Of a DNA stretch of 64,000 nt, positions 39,206 to 51,705 are shown in pieces (positions within the stretch are counted from its first letter, which is position 1; each line of letters starts with the position of its first letter). Under the pieces are notes generated by a model, which saw only the letters and a list, made by a program, of their open reading frames with translations, was not told where the DNA came from and ran no database searches. The stretch is from Laetmonice hystrix (Eukaryota): the NCBI GenBank assembly GCA_965235115.1, contig OZ249436.1:19408001-19472000 (forward strand). The letters run 5' to 3'. The position numbers and the translations under genes are program-made.

Positions 39206-40879
39206 TCAAACTGCGGCCAATGAGTGGCATTCTAACAGAGTATAAGAATTAAAACATAGAACCTTTTGAAAATGTCCAAATTCGTTTTTTTAGAATGTGT
39301 TTTCCCGATTAGGGAAACCAACGGCTAAACCAAATCTTCCGAAAAGTTTACGCGATCCAAATTGGTTTCTGAACCCTCATCAATGTTCTCATTGGGGGAA
39401 TTCAGGTTCAGATTTCACTACAGACGAATAGGACCCCCGCCCCCCTCCCCAACGGGCCGAGGTCCATTTTTTCGATCAAAGAAGTAGGGGTCTATAGACC
39501 TAGATCTATATGCCTACAGCAATTTTCTTGTCAGTTGTCTGTTGAGTGCAAACCCGCCTTCAATGGAAAGCCTGGTTGTAGGCCTCAGTCTATGCCTAAT
39601 AGATAAATTGGACAGAGCCTAGTATCGATCAAATGCCCAAATAAACTTTCCTTTATTCAGGGCATGCATAGATCTATAGGGCCTATATTATGCCCTAGCC
39701 TAATATGTTTCACATTCCGCTTCAGCTCACTGACCGGTAGCCTACGCTAGCCTAAACTAAAGACCCTATTCCCGCTATAAATTCATAAATGCACAGTTTT
39801 AGGCCTAAATTGAGAATCTAGGGGGTGCTGGTTGATAGTCGCCAGGTGAATGCCACGGTTTATCAATTTAGGCCACACGAATTATCAGTTCATTAGGTTT
39901 ATCAGTGTATCACCACAAACATCCAGCTACAAGCACCAATCTTCCGAGATTTCCCCCCTTAAGTTTGGAATCAATAAGATCTCTGCTTCCTCCGTCAAGT
40001 GATCCAGGCACGGAGGGGGAGCCGTCTACCCGACAGATGGCAGCACACGTACTTTAGTTAGTTCATCGTCTCACAGATGGCGCTCGAGGAAGAGGGTTCA
40101 TTTCATGAGCCGATTAAGTTGGACACCTCGCAGTTATATTATCTAATTTATATATTATAATATATATTATATTATATAATTATGTTATTTAGTATTTATT
40201 CGTAAAATGTGGTATAATACAGTTTGGATGTCAGAGGAAAATAAATTAAATAAAATCACGTTCAGAGCCGACGACATCACCGTGGTGATCGTGGCGCCAT
40301 CTGGCGTATTCCCAGGCCATGCTCCTCGTCTGGATGTGATGTGGTTACCATGGTAATATTCCCACGGTCTCGTGAAGATGTTACCATGGATACCTATATG
40401 TTTTGGAGATTTACTTATTACGTCATTACACCAATGTATTCGACCTTGGTTTTCATTACTGGTGGACAATCGATCACCTGAAAAACAGAAATCGGGAAAT
40501 CGGCAAGTTCTAGGGCTTACTACTTTCTGTTGATTCCGTGGTCCTACTGTTGGACATTTAGAGGGATAAGTCAGGCATACGTAGCTAACCCTATTTCTGA
40601 ATCCAATTTCAATTTGGAATAATAGATAATTTCCTATTTATTAGAGAGCAATGGGACTATTTGGAGTGACGGCCCTCGGCTTGGATCAAACTTGATTGCT
40701 TTCATCGCACACATACTGACAATACAAACTAGTATGGCTAGTAACCGTTACGTGTATCCCTCAGACTGACCCCGGTCATAGAGGATAGCTGGTATGTATG
40801 GCATGTAGTCAATCTGACCTCGGTCATAGAGGATAGCTGGTATGTATGGCATGTAGTCAATCTACTCACCATGTGTCAT

Positions 40880-42288
40880 CACACTTACCATACTGAACCT
40901 GTGCCACACACCCCACTTACCATACTGAACCTGTGTCACACGCCGCACTTACCATACTGAACCTGTGTCACACACCACACTTACCACACTGAACCTGTGT
41001 CACACACCACACTTACCACACTAAACCTGTGTCACATACCACACTTACCATACTGAATATGTGTCACACACCACACTTACCACACTGAACCTGTGTCACA
41101 CACCACACTTACCACACTGAACCTGTGTCACACACCACACTTACCATACTGAATATGTGTCACACACCACACTTACCATACTGAACCTGTGTCACACACC
41201 ACACTTACCACACTGACCCTGTGTCACACACCACACTTACCATACTGAACCTGTGTCACACACCACACTTACCATACTGAACCTGTGTCACACACCACAC
41301 TTACCACACTGAACCTGTGTCACATACCACACTTACCACACTGAACCTGTGTCACACACCGCACTTACCACACTGAACCTGTGTCACACACCACACTTAC
41401 CATACTGAACCTGTGTCACACACCACACTTACCATACTGAACGTGTGTCACACACCGCACTTACCATACTGAACCTGTGTCACACACCGCACTGAACCTG
41501 TGTCACACACCGCACTGAACCTGTGTCACACACCACACTTACCATACTGAACCTGTGTCACACACCACACTTACCATACTGAACCTGTGGCACACACCAC
41601 ACTGAAGCTGTGTCACACACCGCACTTACCATACTGAACCTGTGTCACACACCGCACTTACCATACTGAACCTGTGTCACACACCGCACTTACCATACTG
41701 AACCTGTGTCACACACCACACTTACCACACTGAACATGTGTCACACACGACACTTACCATACTGAACCTGTGTCACACACGACACTTACCATACTGAACC
41801 TGTGTCACACACCACACTTACATACTGAACCTCTGTCACACATGACACTTACATACTGAACCTGTGTCACACACCACACTTACATACTGAACCTGTGTCA
41901 CACACCACACTTACCATACTGAACCTGTGTCACACACCGCACTTACCATACTGACCCTGTGCCACACACCGCACTTACCATACTGAACCTGTGTCACACA
42001 CCGCACTTACCATACTGAACCTGTGTCACACACCGCACTTACCATACTGAACCTGTGTCACACACCGCACTTACCATATTGAACCTGTGTCACACACCGC
42101 ACTTACCACACTGAACCTGTGTCACACACCACACTTACCATATTGAACCTGTGTCACACACCACACTTACCATACTGAACCTGTGTCACACACCACACTT
42201 ACCATACTGAACCTGTGTCACACACCGCACTTACCATACTGAACCTGTGTCACACACCACACTTACCATACCGAACCTGTGTCACACA
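40880..42288. repeat. 32-bp minisatellite (CACACTTACCATACTGAACCTGTGTCACACAC), ~44 copies
   Basis: Direct reading. Confidence 0.95.
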
Positions 42289-42481
42289 TAAACATTCCTA
42301 TCTTAGGTCAATCATATTGGCGACCACCTACTTCAAATCGGAATGGCATGGTGCTGTCTGTTTAACGTGTCAGTTCTGTTGTTAGCTATCCCCGGTCTAT
42401 GATGGGATCGGATCTCAATCTAGACATGAGTCGACGCTGATCCATCCAATCACGGTACGACCAAATCCCTGGTCATCAAGC

Positions 42482-43320
42482 GGTACACTGGCGACTGTGT
42501 GGTGTTGGTGTGGTACACTGGCAACTGTTTGATGTTGGTGTGGTACACTGGCAACTGTGTGGTGTTAAACAAGTATGGTACACTGGCAACTGTGTGGTGT
42601 TAAACAAGTATGGTACACTGGCGACTGTGTGGTGTTAAACAAGTATGGTACACTGGCGACTGTGTGGTGTTGACCAGTATGGTACACTGGCGACTGTGTG
42701 GTGTTGACCAGTATGGTACACTGGCGACTGTGTGGTGTTGACCAGTATGGTACACTGGCAACTGTGTGGTGTTGGTATGGTACACTGGCGACTGTGTGGT
42801 GTTGGTGTGGTACACTGGCATCTGTGTGGTGTTGGTGTGGTACACTGGCAACTGTGTGGTGTTGGTATGGTACACTGGCAACTGTGTGGTGTTGGTGTGG
42901 TACACTGGCAACTGTGTGGTGTTGGTGTGGTACACTGGCAACTGTGTGGTGTTGGCATGGTACACTGGCGACTGTGTGGTGTTGGTGTGGTACACTGTCA
43001 ACTCTGTGGTGTTGGTGTGGTACACTGGCATCTGTGTGGTGTTGGTGTGGTACACTGGCAACTGTGTGGTGTTGGTGTTGAACACTGGCATCTGTGTGGT
43101 GTTGGTGTGGTACACTGGCAACTGTGTGGTGTTGGTGTGGTACACTGGCATCTGTGTGGTGTTGGTGTGGTACACTGGCAACTGTGTGGTGTTGGTGTTG
43201 AACACTGGCATCTGTGTGGTGTTGGTGTGGTACACTTGCAACTGTGTGGTGTTGGTGTGGTACACTGGCAACTGTGTGGTGTTGGTGTGGTACACTGGCA
43301 ACTCTGTGGTGTTGGTATGG
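42482..43320. repeat. 30-bp minisatellite (TACACTGGCAACTGTGTGGTGTTGGTGTGG)
   Basis: Direct reading. Confidence 0.95.
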
Positions 43321-43326
43321 TCAACT

Positions 43327-44631
43327 CCCTATCACTACCATTTCATATACTACTCACTCACACATGGCCACACTAAACCGTGGGTTATACCTGCCCTATC
43401 ACTACCATTTCATATACTACTCACTCACACATGGCCACACTAAACCCTGGGTTATACCTGCCCTATCACTACCATTTCATTTACTACTCACTCACACATG
43501 GCTACACTAAACCCTGGGTTATACCTGCCCTATCACTACCATTTCATATACTACTCACTCACACATGGCCACACTAAACCCTGGGTTATGCCTGCCCTAT
43601 CACTACCATTTCATATACTACTCACTCACACATGGCCACACTAAACCGTGGGTTATACCTGCCCTATCACTACCATTTCATATACTACTCACTCACACAT
43701 GGCCACACTAAACCCTGGGTTATACCTGCCCTATCACTACCATTTCATATACTACTCACTCACACATGACCACACTAAACCCTGGGTTATACCTGCCCTA
43801 TCACTACCATTTCATATACTACTCACTCACACATGGCCACACTAAACCCTGGGTTATACCTGCCCTATCACTACCATTTCATATACTACTCACTCACACA
43901 TGGCCACACTAAACCCTGGGTTATGCCTGCCCTATCACTACCATTTCATATACTACTAACTCACACATGACCACACTAAACCCTGGGTTATGCCTGCCCT
44001 ATCACTACCATTTCATATACTACTCACTCACACATGGCCACACTAAACCCTGGGTTATACCTGCCCTATCACTACCATTTCATATACTACTCACTCACAC
44101 ATGGCCACACTAAACCGTGGGTTATACCTGCCCTACCACTACCATTTCATATACTACTCACTCACACATGGCCACACTAAACCCTGGGTTATACCTGCCC
44201 TATCACCACCATTTCATATACTACTCACTCACACATGGCTACACTAAACCCTGGGTTATACCTGCCCTATCACTACCATTTCATATACTACTCACTCACA
44301 CATGACCACACTAAACCCTGGGTTATGCCTGCCCTATCACTACCATTTCATATACTACTCACTCACACATGGCCACACTAAACCCTGGGTTATGCCTGCC
44401 CTATCACTACCATTTCATATACTACTCACTCACACATGACCACACTAAACCCTGGGTTATGGCTGCCCTATCACTAACATTTCATATACTACTCACTCAC
44501 ACATGGCCACACTAAACCCTGGGTTATGGCTGCCCTATCACTACCATTTCATATACTACTCACTCACACATGGCCACACTAAACCGTGGGTTATACCTGC
44601 CCTATCACTACCATTTCATATACTACTCACT
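43327..44631. repeat. 67-bp minisatellite (CCCTATCACTACCATTTCATATACTACTCACTCACACATGGCCACACTAAACCCTGGGTTATACCTG), ~19 copies
   Basis: Direct reading; abuts the preceding array. Confidence 0.96.
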
Positions 44632-44961
44632 CTAACACTAACAAGCAATACTGCAGCGGGGGTTCCGTTCTCTTAACCCCGAAAATAAAACGCAGGCAGG
44701 GAGGGCGGACAAGGCTACCCCCCCCACCCCACCACCACCACGGGTGGACTGGACGCAGGGAGGACGGGCAAGGCCTAACCCCCTCCCATCCCCACCCCTG
44801 TGTTATTCTCAAATCAGAGCCACAGACTGCGGTCCAAGACGCGAGCCCCAATAACGTTCATGTTGATTTATATAGGCCAATTGGTTCCTGGTGGGGGGGG
44901 GGGGGGGGGGGGGGCTAGCGGGTCATTGGTCCGGAGGGGATGTTTGGGGGTGCAATGGTGT

Positions 44962-45575
44962 CAGCAGAACGAATACCGGGAGGGTCAGAGAGGGTTTCAG
45001 CAGGACGAAGGCCGGGAGGGTCAGAGAGGGTTTGAGCAGGACGAAGGCCGGGAGGGTCAGAGAGGGTTTCAGCAGGACGAAGGCCGGGAGGGTTAGAGAG
45101 GGTTTCAGCAGGACGAAGGCCGGGAGGGTCAGAGAGGGTTTCAGCAGGACGAAGGCCGGGAGGGTCAGAGAGGGTTTCAGCAGGACGAAGGCCGGGAGGG
45201 TCAGAGAGGGTTTCAGCAGGACGAAGGCCGGGAGGGTCAGAGAGGGTTTCAGCAGGACGAAGGCCGGGAGGGTTAGAGAGGGTTTCAGCAGGACGAAGGC
45301 CGGGAGGGTCAGAGAGGGTTTCAGCAAGACGAAGGCCGGGAGGGTCAGAGAGGGTTTAGCAGGACGAAGGCCGGGAGGGTTAGAGAGGGTTTCAGCAGTA
45401 CGAAGGTCGAGAGGGTTAGAGAGGGGTTCAGCAGGACGAAGGCCGGGAGGGTTAGAGAGGGTTTCAGCAGGGTGAAGGCCGGGAGGGTTAGAGAGGGTTT
45501 CAGCAGTACGAAGACCGGGAGGGTTAGAGAGGGTTTCAGCAGGACGAAGGCCGGGAAGGTCAGAGGACGAAGGTC
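44962..45575. repeat. 39-bp minisatellite (CAGCAGGACGAAGGCCGGGAGGGTCAGAGAGGGTTT..), ~15 copies
   Basis: Direct reading. Confidence 0.95.
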
Positions 45576-45924
45576 GTGGTCTGAGCTCAGCTCCTGGAGA
45601 GCGGAATGTCGTTAGTGTTGATGGGGTAGATTGAATCCCTCCGGGGTTGAACGAGATGGGTGGGGGTGGGGTGTGGACGAGACGCAGCAGTTAGTCCCCG
45701 CGTGTCGTAACTCTACCCTGTACTTAAACCCTCTCAGCAGACGCCACTAGCAGTGTCCACCATGAAGATAGAGCGCGGTGTATGCACGGATAGAGCGCGG
45801 TGTATGCACGACTATATATAAATAACCCAGACGAGACCCTGGAGGATGATACTGTCGGCGTTCAGACCGGGCAGATCACTGGAAGGATGAGATGACCCAC
45901 CCATCGTGACATGACCCATAGTCA

Positions 45925-46660
45925 GAGACACTGGACGGACAGCTGCCGCGTACAGTACGTCACTGGGCATGGACAGGAGGCGATTATAGTATAGAGGAGA
46001 TACTGGACGGACAGCTGCCGCGTACAGTACGTCACTGGGCATGGACAGGAGGCGATTATAGTATAGAGGAGATACTGGACGGACAGCTGCCGCGTACAGT
46101 ACGTCACTGGGCATGGACAGGAGGCGATTATAGTATAGAGGAGATACTGGACGGACAGCTGCCGCGTACAGTACGTCACTGGGCATGGACAGGAGGCGAT
46201 TATAGTATGGAGGAGATACTGGACGGACAGCTGCCGCGTACAGTACGTCAGTGGGCATGGACAGGAGGCGATTATAGTATGGAGGAGATACTGGACGGAC
46301 AGCTGCCGCGTACAGTACGTCACTGGGCATGGACAGGAGGCGATTATAGTATAGAGGAGACACTGGACGGACAGCTGCAGGATACAGTACGTCACTGGCC
46401 ATGGACAGGAGGCGATTATAGTATAGAGGAGACACTGGACGGACAGCTGCAGCGTACAGTACGTCACTGGGCATGGACAGGAGGCGATTATAGTATAGAG
46501 GAGACACTGGACGGACAGCTGCCGCGTACAGTACGTCACTGGGCATGGACAGGAGGCGATTATAGTATAGAGGAGATACTGGACCGACAGCTGCCGCGTA
46601 CAGTACGTCAGTGGGCATGGACAGGAGGCGATTATAGTATAGAGGAGATACTGGACGGAG
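45925..46660. repeat. 72-bp minisatellite (CTGGACGGACAGCTGCCGCGTACAG...ATAGAGGAGATA), ~10 copies
   Basis: Direct reading. Confidence 0.95.
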
Positions 46661-46699
46661 AGCAGTCTGTGTGGACAGACACGCTAGAACTGACTGGTA

Positions 46700-47137
46700 C
46701 CACAGTCTGTTGTCCGCTGACTGACTGTCTGACTGACTGACTGAGGAGAAAAAGGCACTCAGATTGGTGGTAGTCTGCTGTCCGCTGACTGCCTAACTGA
46801 CTGTCTGCCTGACTGACTTACTGACTGAGGTGAAACAGACACTCAGATTGGTGGTAGTCTGCTGTCCGTTGACTGTCTGTCTGTCTGACGGCGGTGAAAG
46901 AGACACTCAGTTTGGTGGTATGAATTAGACTATATACCAGAGTCTGCTGTCCGCTGACTGACTGACGGAGGTGAAATAGGCAGTCAGATTGGTGGTATGA
47001 ATTAGACTATACCACAGTCTGCTGTCCGCTGACTGCCTGACTGACTGCCTGCCTGCCTGACTGTCTGTCTGATTTACTGACTGTCTAACTGTCTGACTGA
47101 CTGACGGAGGTGAAATAGGCACTCAATGGTGGTATGA
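46700..47137. repeat. Degenerate repeat with (CTGA)n/(CTGT)n cores and GTCTGCTGTCCGCTGA modules
   Basis: ~5 diverged copies. Confidence 0.7.
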
Positions 47138-47686
47138 ATAAAGGGCCATCATAGGCCTACTACACTGGACCTTAGAGACTAGCAATAAAGAATGCATAAG
47201 GAGCCTATTCAAAGGCATCCTGGTATCCACCCATAAAACTGTTAATTTCAATAGGAAGCTAATTTCACCAGTATACGAATACCAAGAATCCTGTACCGGT
47301 ACTTCTTATTTTCTATTACCACGGCCAACCATACCCGTACAACGCCCAAACCGGCCGGCCGGGCGGACCAGTAAAAACCGACTATAGTACCTTCAGACTA
47401 TCCTACAGCCTGCTGCCCGCTGCAGACACCGCCAACGCTGCCGCTCTGCTCACCGTTTTTCTTGCAGGCGCAGGGGACGGCTCGGCTGCTGCTGCTTCTG
47501 CTGCTGCTCCTGCTGCTATAGCGTCACTCCAGGCGGGCGTATCGAGGAAGTGCATACTGATGGCACGACGCTAGCCGTCGGGGTGCGAGTCTTTCATTGA
47601 CAGAATCTCGACACCCTGACAACGTCAAGCTGTGATTGTGCCCATCTAGTAGTTCCACACGACCGCTGGCTCAGACAGCAGTCAGC

Positions 47687-49186
47687 ATGGCCTCTCCGAG
47701 GATCACCAAGGCGACAGGCTGTGTCAGACTTAAGGGAACCAATCGACTCCTCGTCTGCGCTGGCCTCCTCATATTCACGTGCTATTTTATGTCCGAGTTA
47801 GCGTTGAGGTCGTGGACTCTGGATGATTCGTACCACGGTCAGGCACCGCTCTGTGGCGGTCAACATGACGGATCGCTACGATTCCAGGCCATGCCATGTG
47901 CTCCAGTACGAGTTACCCCCAGGAGTTATGAACTGCCACCTGGAAGAGAACTGACCGCTCAGCCCACCGAGGACGCCAGCTGGAATGAATCGCAGTTCGT
48001 CTCGTGGATGGCGCCCTCTGAGATTGGAGTTGACAGAGCCGCCGTGCAGGCTCGTGCCCGGCCCGGAAACCCTCATCACCCTCGGGGTCGGCAGGTGACC
48101 GGCGGAGGTCTACAGGTGGAGCGACCACCACCCCTCGGCCGGGCCTTTCATAGACCCCACAACAAGGGGCGGCCGGAGGGGGCAGGTCACGGGGTCAAAG
48201 CCCTGGAGGGCACGCCCAGTAAACACCAGGGGGAAGGTGTTACACGACCACCATCCTCCAGCAAGCGGCCTGGAGTGCAGGGGGCCCTAGAGAGGCGGTT
48301 TTACAGCCGTAGATTTACCAGGGTAAATCCGCACGACTTCACGGTGGTGTACAACGCCAGCGGGGTCTGTGCCCAGCCACCCTACCTCATCATTATCATC
48401 CCATCACTGCCCAGCGCACGGGACAGGAGGAACGCCATCCGGGACACCTGGGGCGGCGTCTCCAACTCCTCCAGGTGGCTAGACATCGAGCTCAGTTACA
48501 AGGTCAAGGTCGCCTTCCTCCTGGGTCGGACCGAATCGGAGCGGTTGAGGTACGCCTTACAGGAGGAATACGCCCAGTTTGGGGACATCGTACAGGAGGA
48601 TTTCCTCGAGTCGTATAGGAACCTGAGTCTGAAAACGGTGATGGGTCTGAAGTGGGTGGTAAAGTTTTGTAGCGGTGCGCAGTACGTGATGAAATGTGAC
48701 GATGATATGATCGCTCACATCCCGATGATCGTTGACCTCCTGACCCGGAACAGCTACCGGCGGTCGGTGGTGGGGCATGTTAACAGGGGCGCCGTGGTAC
48801 AGCGCCAGGGGTTGTGGCGTCTGTCGCACGGCGAGTTTCCATTCCACTACTTCCCGCCATACGCCTCGGGTAGTGCCTACATCCTGTCGGCGGACGTGGT
48901 GGGGGCTCTGTACACAACCTCCGAGTATATCCCACTCATACCCATCGAGGATGTCTACGTCACAGGCGTCTTGGGTAAAATGGTAGGGGTCAACCTGGTG
49001 CACGAAGACGGCTTTACGTCATGGAACGCCTTCTCGCCCAGGACATGCGATCTCGCCCTCGGCAGAATCTACACTGGAACTAAAATGACGTCAAATTCTC
49101 TCCGCCGGATGTGGCGGAGGTTGCGCAGCGGTGGTTTAAAATGTAACCGTGACGCGCACCAGCTCGCCATGCGCAGTCAGTACTGA
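47687..49186 (+). CDS. Beta-1,3-galactosyltransferase-like glycosyltransferase (CAZy GT31), type II membrane protein, 499 aa, single coding exon
   Basis: First in-frame ATG at 47687. N-terminal TM LLVCAGLLIFTCYFM, long stem, then GT31 motifs RNAIRDTWG, EDFLESYRNLSLKT, KCDDD (DxD), FPPYASGSAY, IEDVYVTG. An upstream acceptor TTTTTCTTGCAG| at 47467 implies a 5' UTR intron. Confidence 0.93.
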   Translation: MASPRITKATGCVRLKGTNRLLVCAGLLIFTCYFMSELALRSWTLDDSYHGQAPLCGGQHDGSLRFQAMPCAPVRVTPRSYELPPGRELTAQPTEDASWNESQFVSWMAPSEIGVDRAAVQARARPGNPHHPRGRQVTGGGLQVERPPPLGRAFHRPHNKGRPEGAGHGVKALEGTPSKHQGEGVTRPPSSSKRPGVQGALERRFYSRRFTRVNPHDFTVVYNASGVCAQPPYLIIIIPSLPSARDRRNAIRDTWGGVSNSSRWLDIELSYKVKVAFLLGRTESERLRYALQEEYAQFGDIVQEDFLESYRNLSLKTVMGLKWVVKFCSGAQYVMKCDDDMIAHIPMIVDLLTRNSYRRSVVGHVNRGAVVQRQGLWRLSHGEFPFHYFPPYASGSAYILSADVVGALYTTSEYIPLIPIEDVYVTGVLGKMVGVNLVHEDGFTSWNAFSPRTCDLALGRIYTGTKMTSNSLRRMWRRLRSGGLKCNRDAHQLAMRSQY

Positions 49187-50031
49187 ACGTTATACGTGGG
49201 ACAGTGAAGGTCACACTTTGGTCACTGAAAGTCACACTTTGGTCACTGAAGGTCACACTTCGGTCACTGAAGGTCGCACATCAGCCATTCAGAAACGGGA
49301 CCAGAATTATATAGGCCTACTGCTATATTATATTATAGGCTGTAACATGTGATAGTCTGTGGAAACTATTCGTCATGTAAATTAAGTACGCAAATTTATG
49401 AAAATTATGTACATTTATGCATTTTATATACATGTGTCGTACATTGAGTTTCCAATGATAACACAATCAAGGACACTGTTATACTATAGTATTGAATTTG
49501 TAAAAAGGCAAGGATTGTGCATATCATGTTTGTGGAATGTCAAACAGCAAGAAAGTCGTTTAGCTTACACACGGCCTGGTAATTAATCATTATTTTCTGA
49601 CAGTAAAAACTGGCGTATACACAAATATTGGTAGTGACAGTGTTGTCGACATAATGATATCGTTTATCTCAAGAGTTCACACCCTGAATTTACATCCAGA
49701 CATTCGCTATCAGGTTATATTTAGGTCAGAACTGTATTGACCACGAAACGAGGGCCGTTCAAGGTCTAGTGATGGTTGGAGGGGGGGGGGCGTTGTTACC
49801 CTGACCGGGGGCAGGGTACTAAACGGGTTGTCGCGTACCGGGGGGGGGGGGTCGGAACTAGGGGGCAGTAATTTGTAAATAATTGGCCCTGCAATTAAAT
49901 GTTCCTGCACTGACCTAAAAAAATCAATGGTGACACCGTGTACTGTTATTATCATATTAACGTTATTAAGGTTATCATTCTGATTGTATTATTGTTATAA
50001 TCACTGGGAGAGTTATACTTATATTTAAATA

Positions 50032-50357
50032 TACCGGGTGGGCATAAATAAAACTTGTCGAAGTGTGACGTTCAATAATTCAAAAACCCTATGTCACAAG
50101 CTTCTGAAAGATTACAGGAGTAACCACCTCGATGTCTGTTAATATCTGGTGCAATTTTCTTGTTTTTTCTTGCACAGGTAGTCAATTGGACACACTATTA
50201 ATTTTGGTATCATGTAATGACTATTTGTGAGATCAACTTAAAATGGTAACAATATCAAGGTGTTTGCTCTGTAACTTCTCAGAAACTTGTGACATAGGGC
50301 TATTGAAATATTTAACGTCAAAGTTCGACAAGTTATTTTCATGCCCATATCCTAGTA
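50032..50357. mobile_element. Foldback MITE with ~110-bp imperfect inverted arms (Tc1/mariner-like end TA-CCGGGTG)
   Basis: GGGCATAAATAAAACTTGTCGAAGTGTGACGTT...CCCTATGTCACAAGCTTCTGA is mirrored by TCAGAAACTTGTGACATAGGG...AACGTCAAAGTTCGACAAGTTATTTTCATGCCC. Confidence 0.7.
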
Positions 50358-51705
50358 GGCCTACGTATTAATCAGCCGGGTTTGTCGCTTCCTCTCCATG
50401 ATAACATATCGGTTTCTATATCAACTCATCCCGTATGCCATCCCAGCTAACAACGGTTCACATTTGTTTGTTTCTCTATGTAAACAAAATACCGGTATCC
50501 CCTACTTACCTGTCCTATTAGCAGTCCAGAAAGCCCTATAATACTGAATGGGTCGGAGAGCAATGGATGGAACAGCCATGGGACCGTCTGAAATACTGAC
50601 GTAACAGCTCAGCATGTCCAAAATGTGACGGATACACCAACAGCTGTTCTGTTAACGGTCGTTACCCCTGACCAATGTAGTACCTTTTCGGACTCTGGAC
50701 AGGTAAGTGAGGGATTAAAGTACTTTTGTAACTTTTTATTCTGGTTCGGTGGGAAAAGGAACGTTGTATGGCCGGGACAAATCAATGAACATATCGTCAG
50801 TCATAGTAACCTGCTATTACTCACTGTGTGATAGGGTAAGATGTAGATCGACCTCCAGGGGTAATGGAGTATACCCCACAGTCCTGACCTGAGCCCAAAC
50901 CTGTCCGCTGACCGGTTAGATGAACCCAGTGTGAACGGTCTGAGGGGTTAAACATGATGACGGCGAGTTATTACATGTATGAGATTTATTTTGAAGGAAT
51001 GTCGTTCATTATTTCCATTCAGGGACGTGAGAAGTGAGCGGAGCGAGCAGGACTTGTCCCATTCATTTAAACACGATTAGGAAGGTTAATCCTACAGGGA
51101 GGATGTCAATAATCAAAATGTCAATGTCCACTGTGTTAGGGTTAATAATATGTACCATTTGGTCCCGCCCACGTTACACAAGATTCCCAGACCCGTGCCG
51201 ATTATTTTAACTTTACTTGTAATAAATCTAGATACAGTACATAGTCGTGACATAGACTATTAAAATTACATATATGTCGGTATAATAGAAGGATGGACCT
51301 CAGCTGGACAATACATCCGATAATCGAGAGCCAATATTGTGCTTAGACCCCCGCGCAATGTTCAATTACTCACAGATCCCCACTTTTCACCGTACGGCAG
51401 GCATGTGGCGCCCCCTGTTGAGGCTTTTAGAACTCATCTGTGTGAGGCCATCTTGGGTGCCCGTCGGACAAACCGACATTATGTTTCGAAATCAATAACA
51501 GTTCATATTGCCAAAAGGTCTTTCCTTTGCCCGATTGCAAAATATTGCCCATAGTTTTAGGGTATCTGACCAAATCCATTAAATTATATACGGTTTCAGA
51601 AACATTGGAAATAGACGGGAAGATGCAGGGACGTGTGTCAACTATGGTGCGACATTAGTAAGAGTTACGGGGGGGGGGGGGGCGAGGAAGATTTGGCATC
51701 GGGCG

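Larger units (their letters stand above)
38082..40307. promoter_or_regulatory. Cluster of CTCF-consensus-like motifs between Dmbx and the GT31 coding exon
   Basis: Reverse: TCGACAGATGGCAG (38082), CCGCTAGATGGCAGCAC (38137), ACGCCAGATGGCGCC (40293). Forward: CCGACAGATGGCAGCAC (40030), CTCACAGATGGCGCTC (40070). Confidence 0.5.

Noticed and set aside
39845..39855. GGTGAATGCCA matching the 3' half of miR-124
   Set aside because: Seed (AAGGCAC) absent and no hairpin evident.
42600..46740. Periodic ORFs (PVYHTNTTQL, REGFSRTKAGRV, 24-aa repeats)
   Set aside because: Unit lengths of 30, 39 and 72 bp are multiples of 3, but ORFs are open in several frames or strands and lack any non-repeat domain.
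47636..47686. TTG-initiated N-terminal extension of the GT31 ORF
   Set aside because: Eukaryotic gene; the ATG at 47687 (AGCATGG context) precedes the TM anchor properly.
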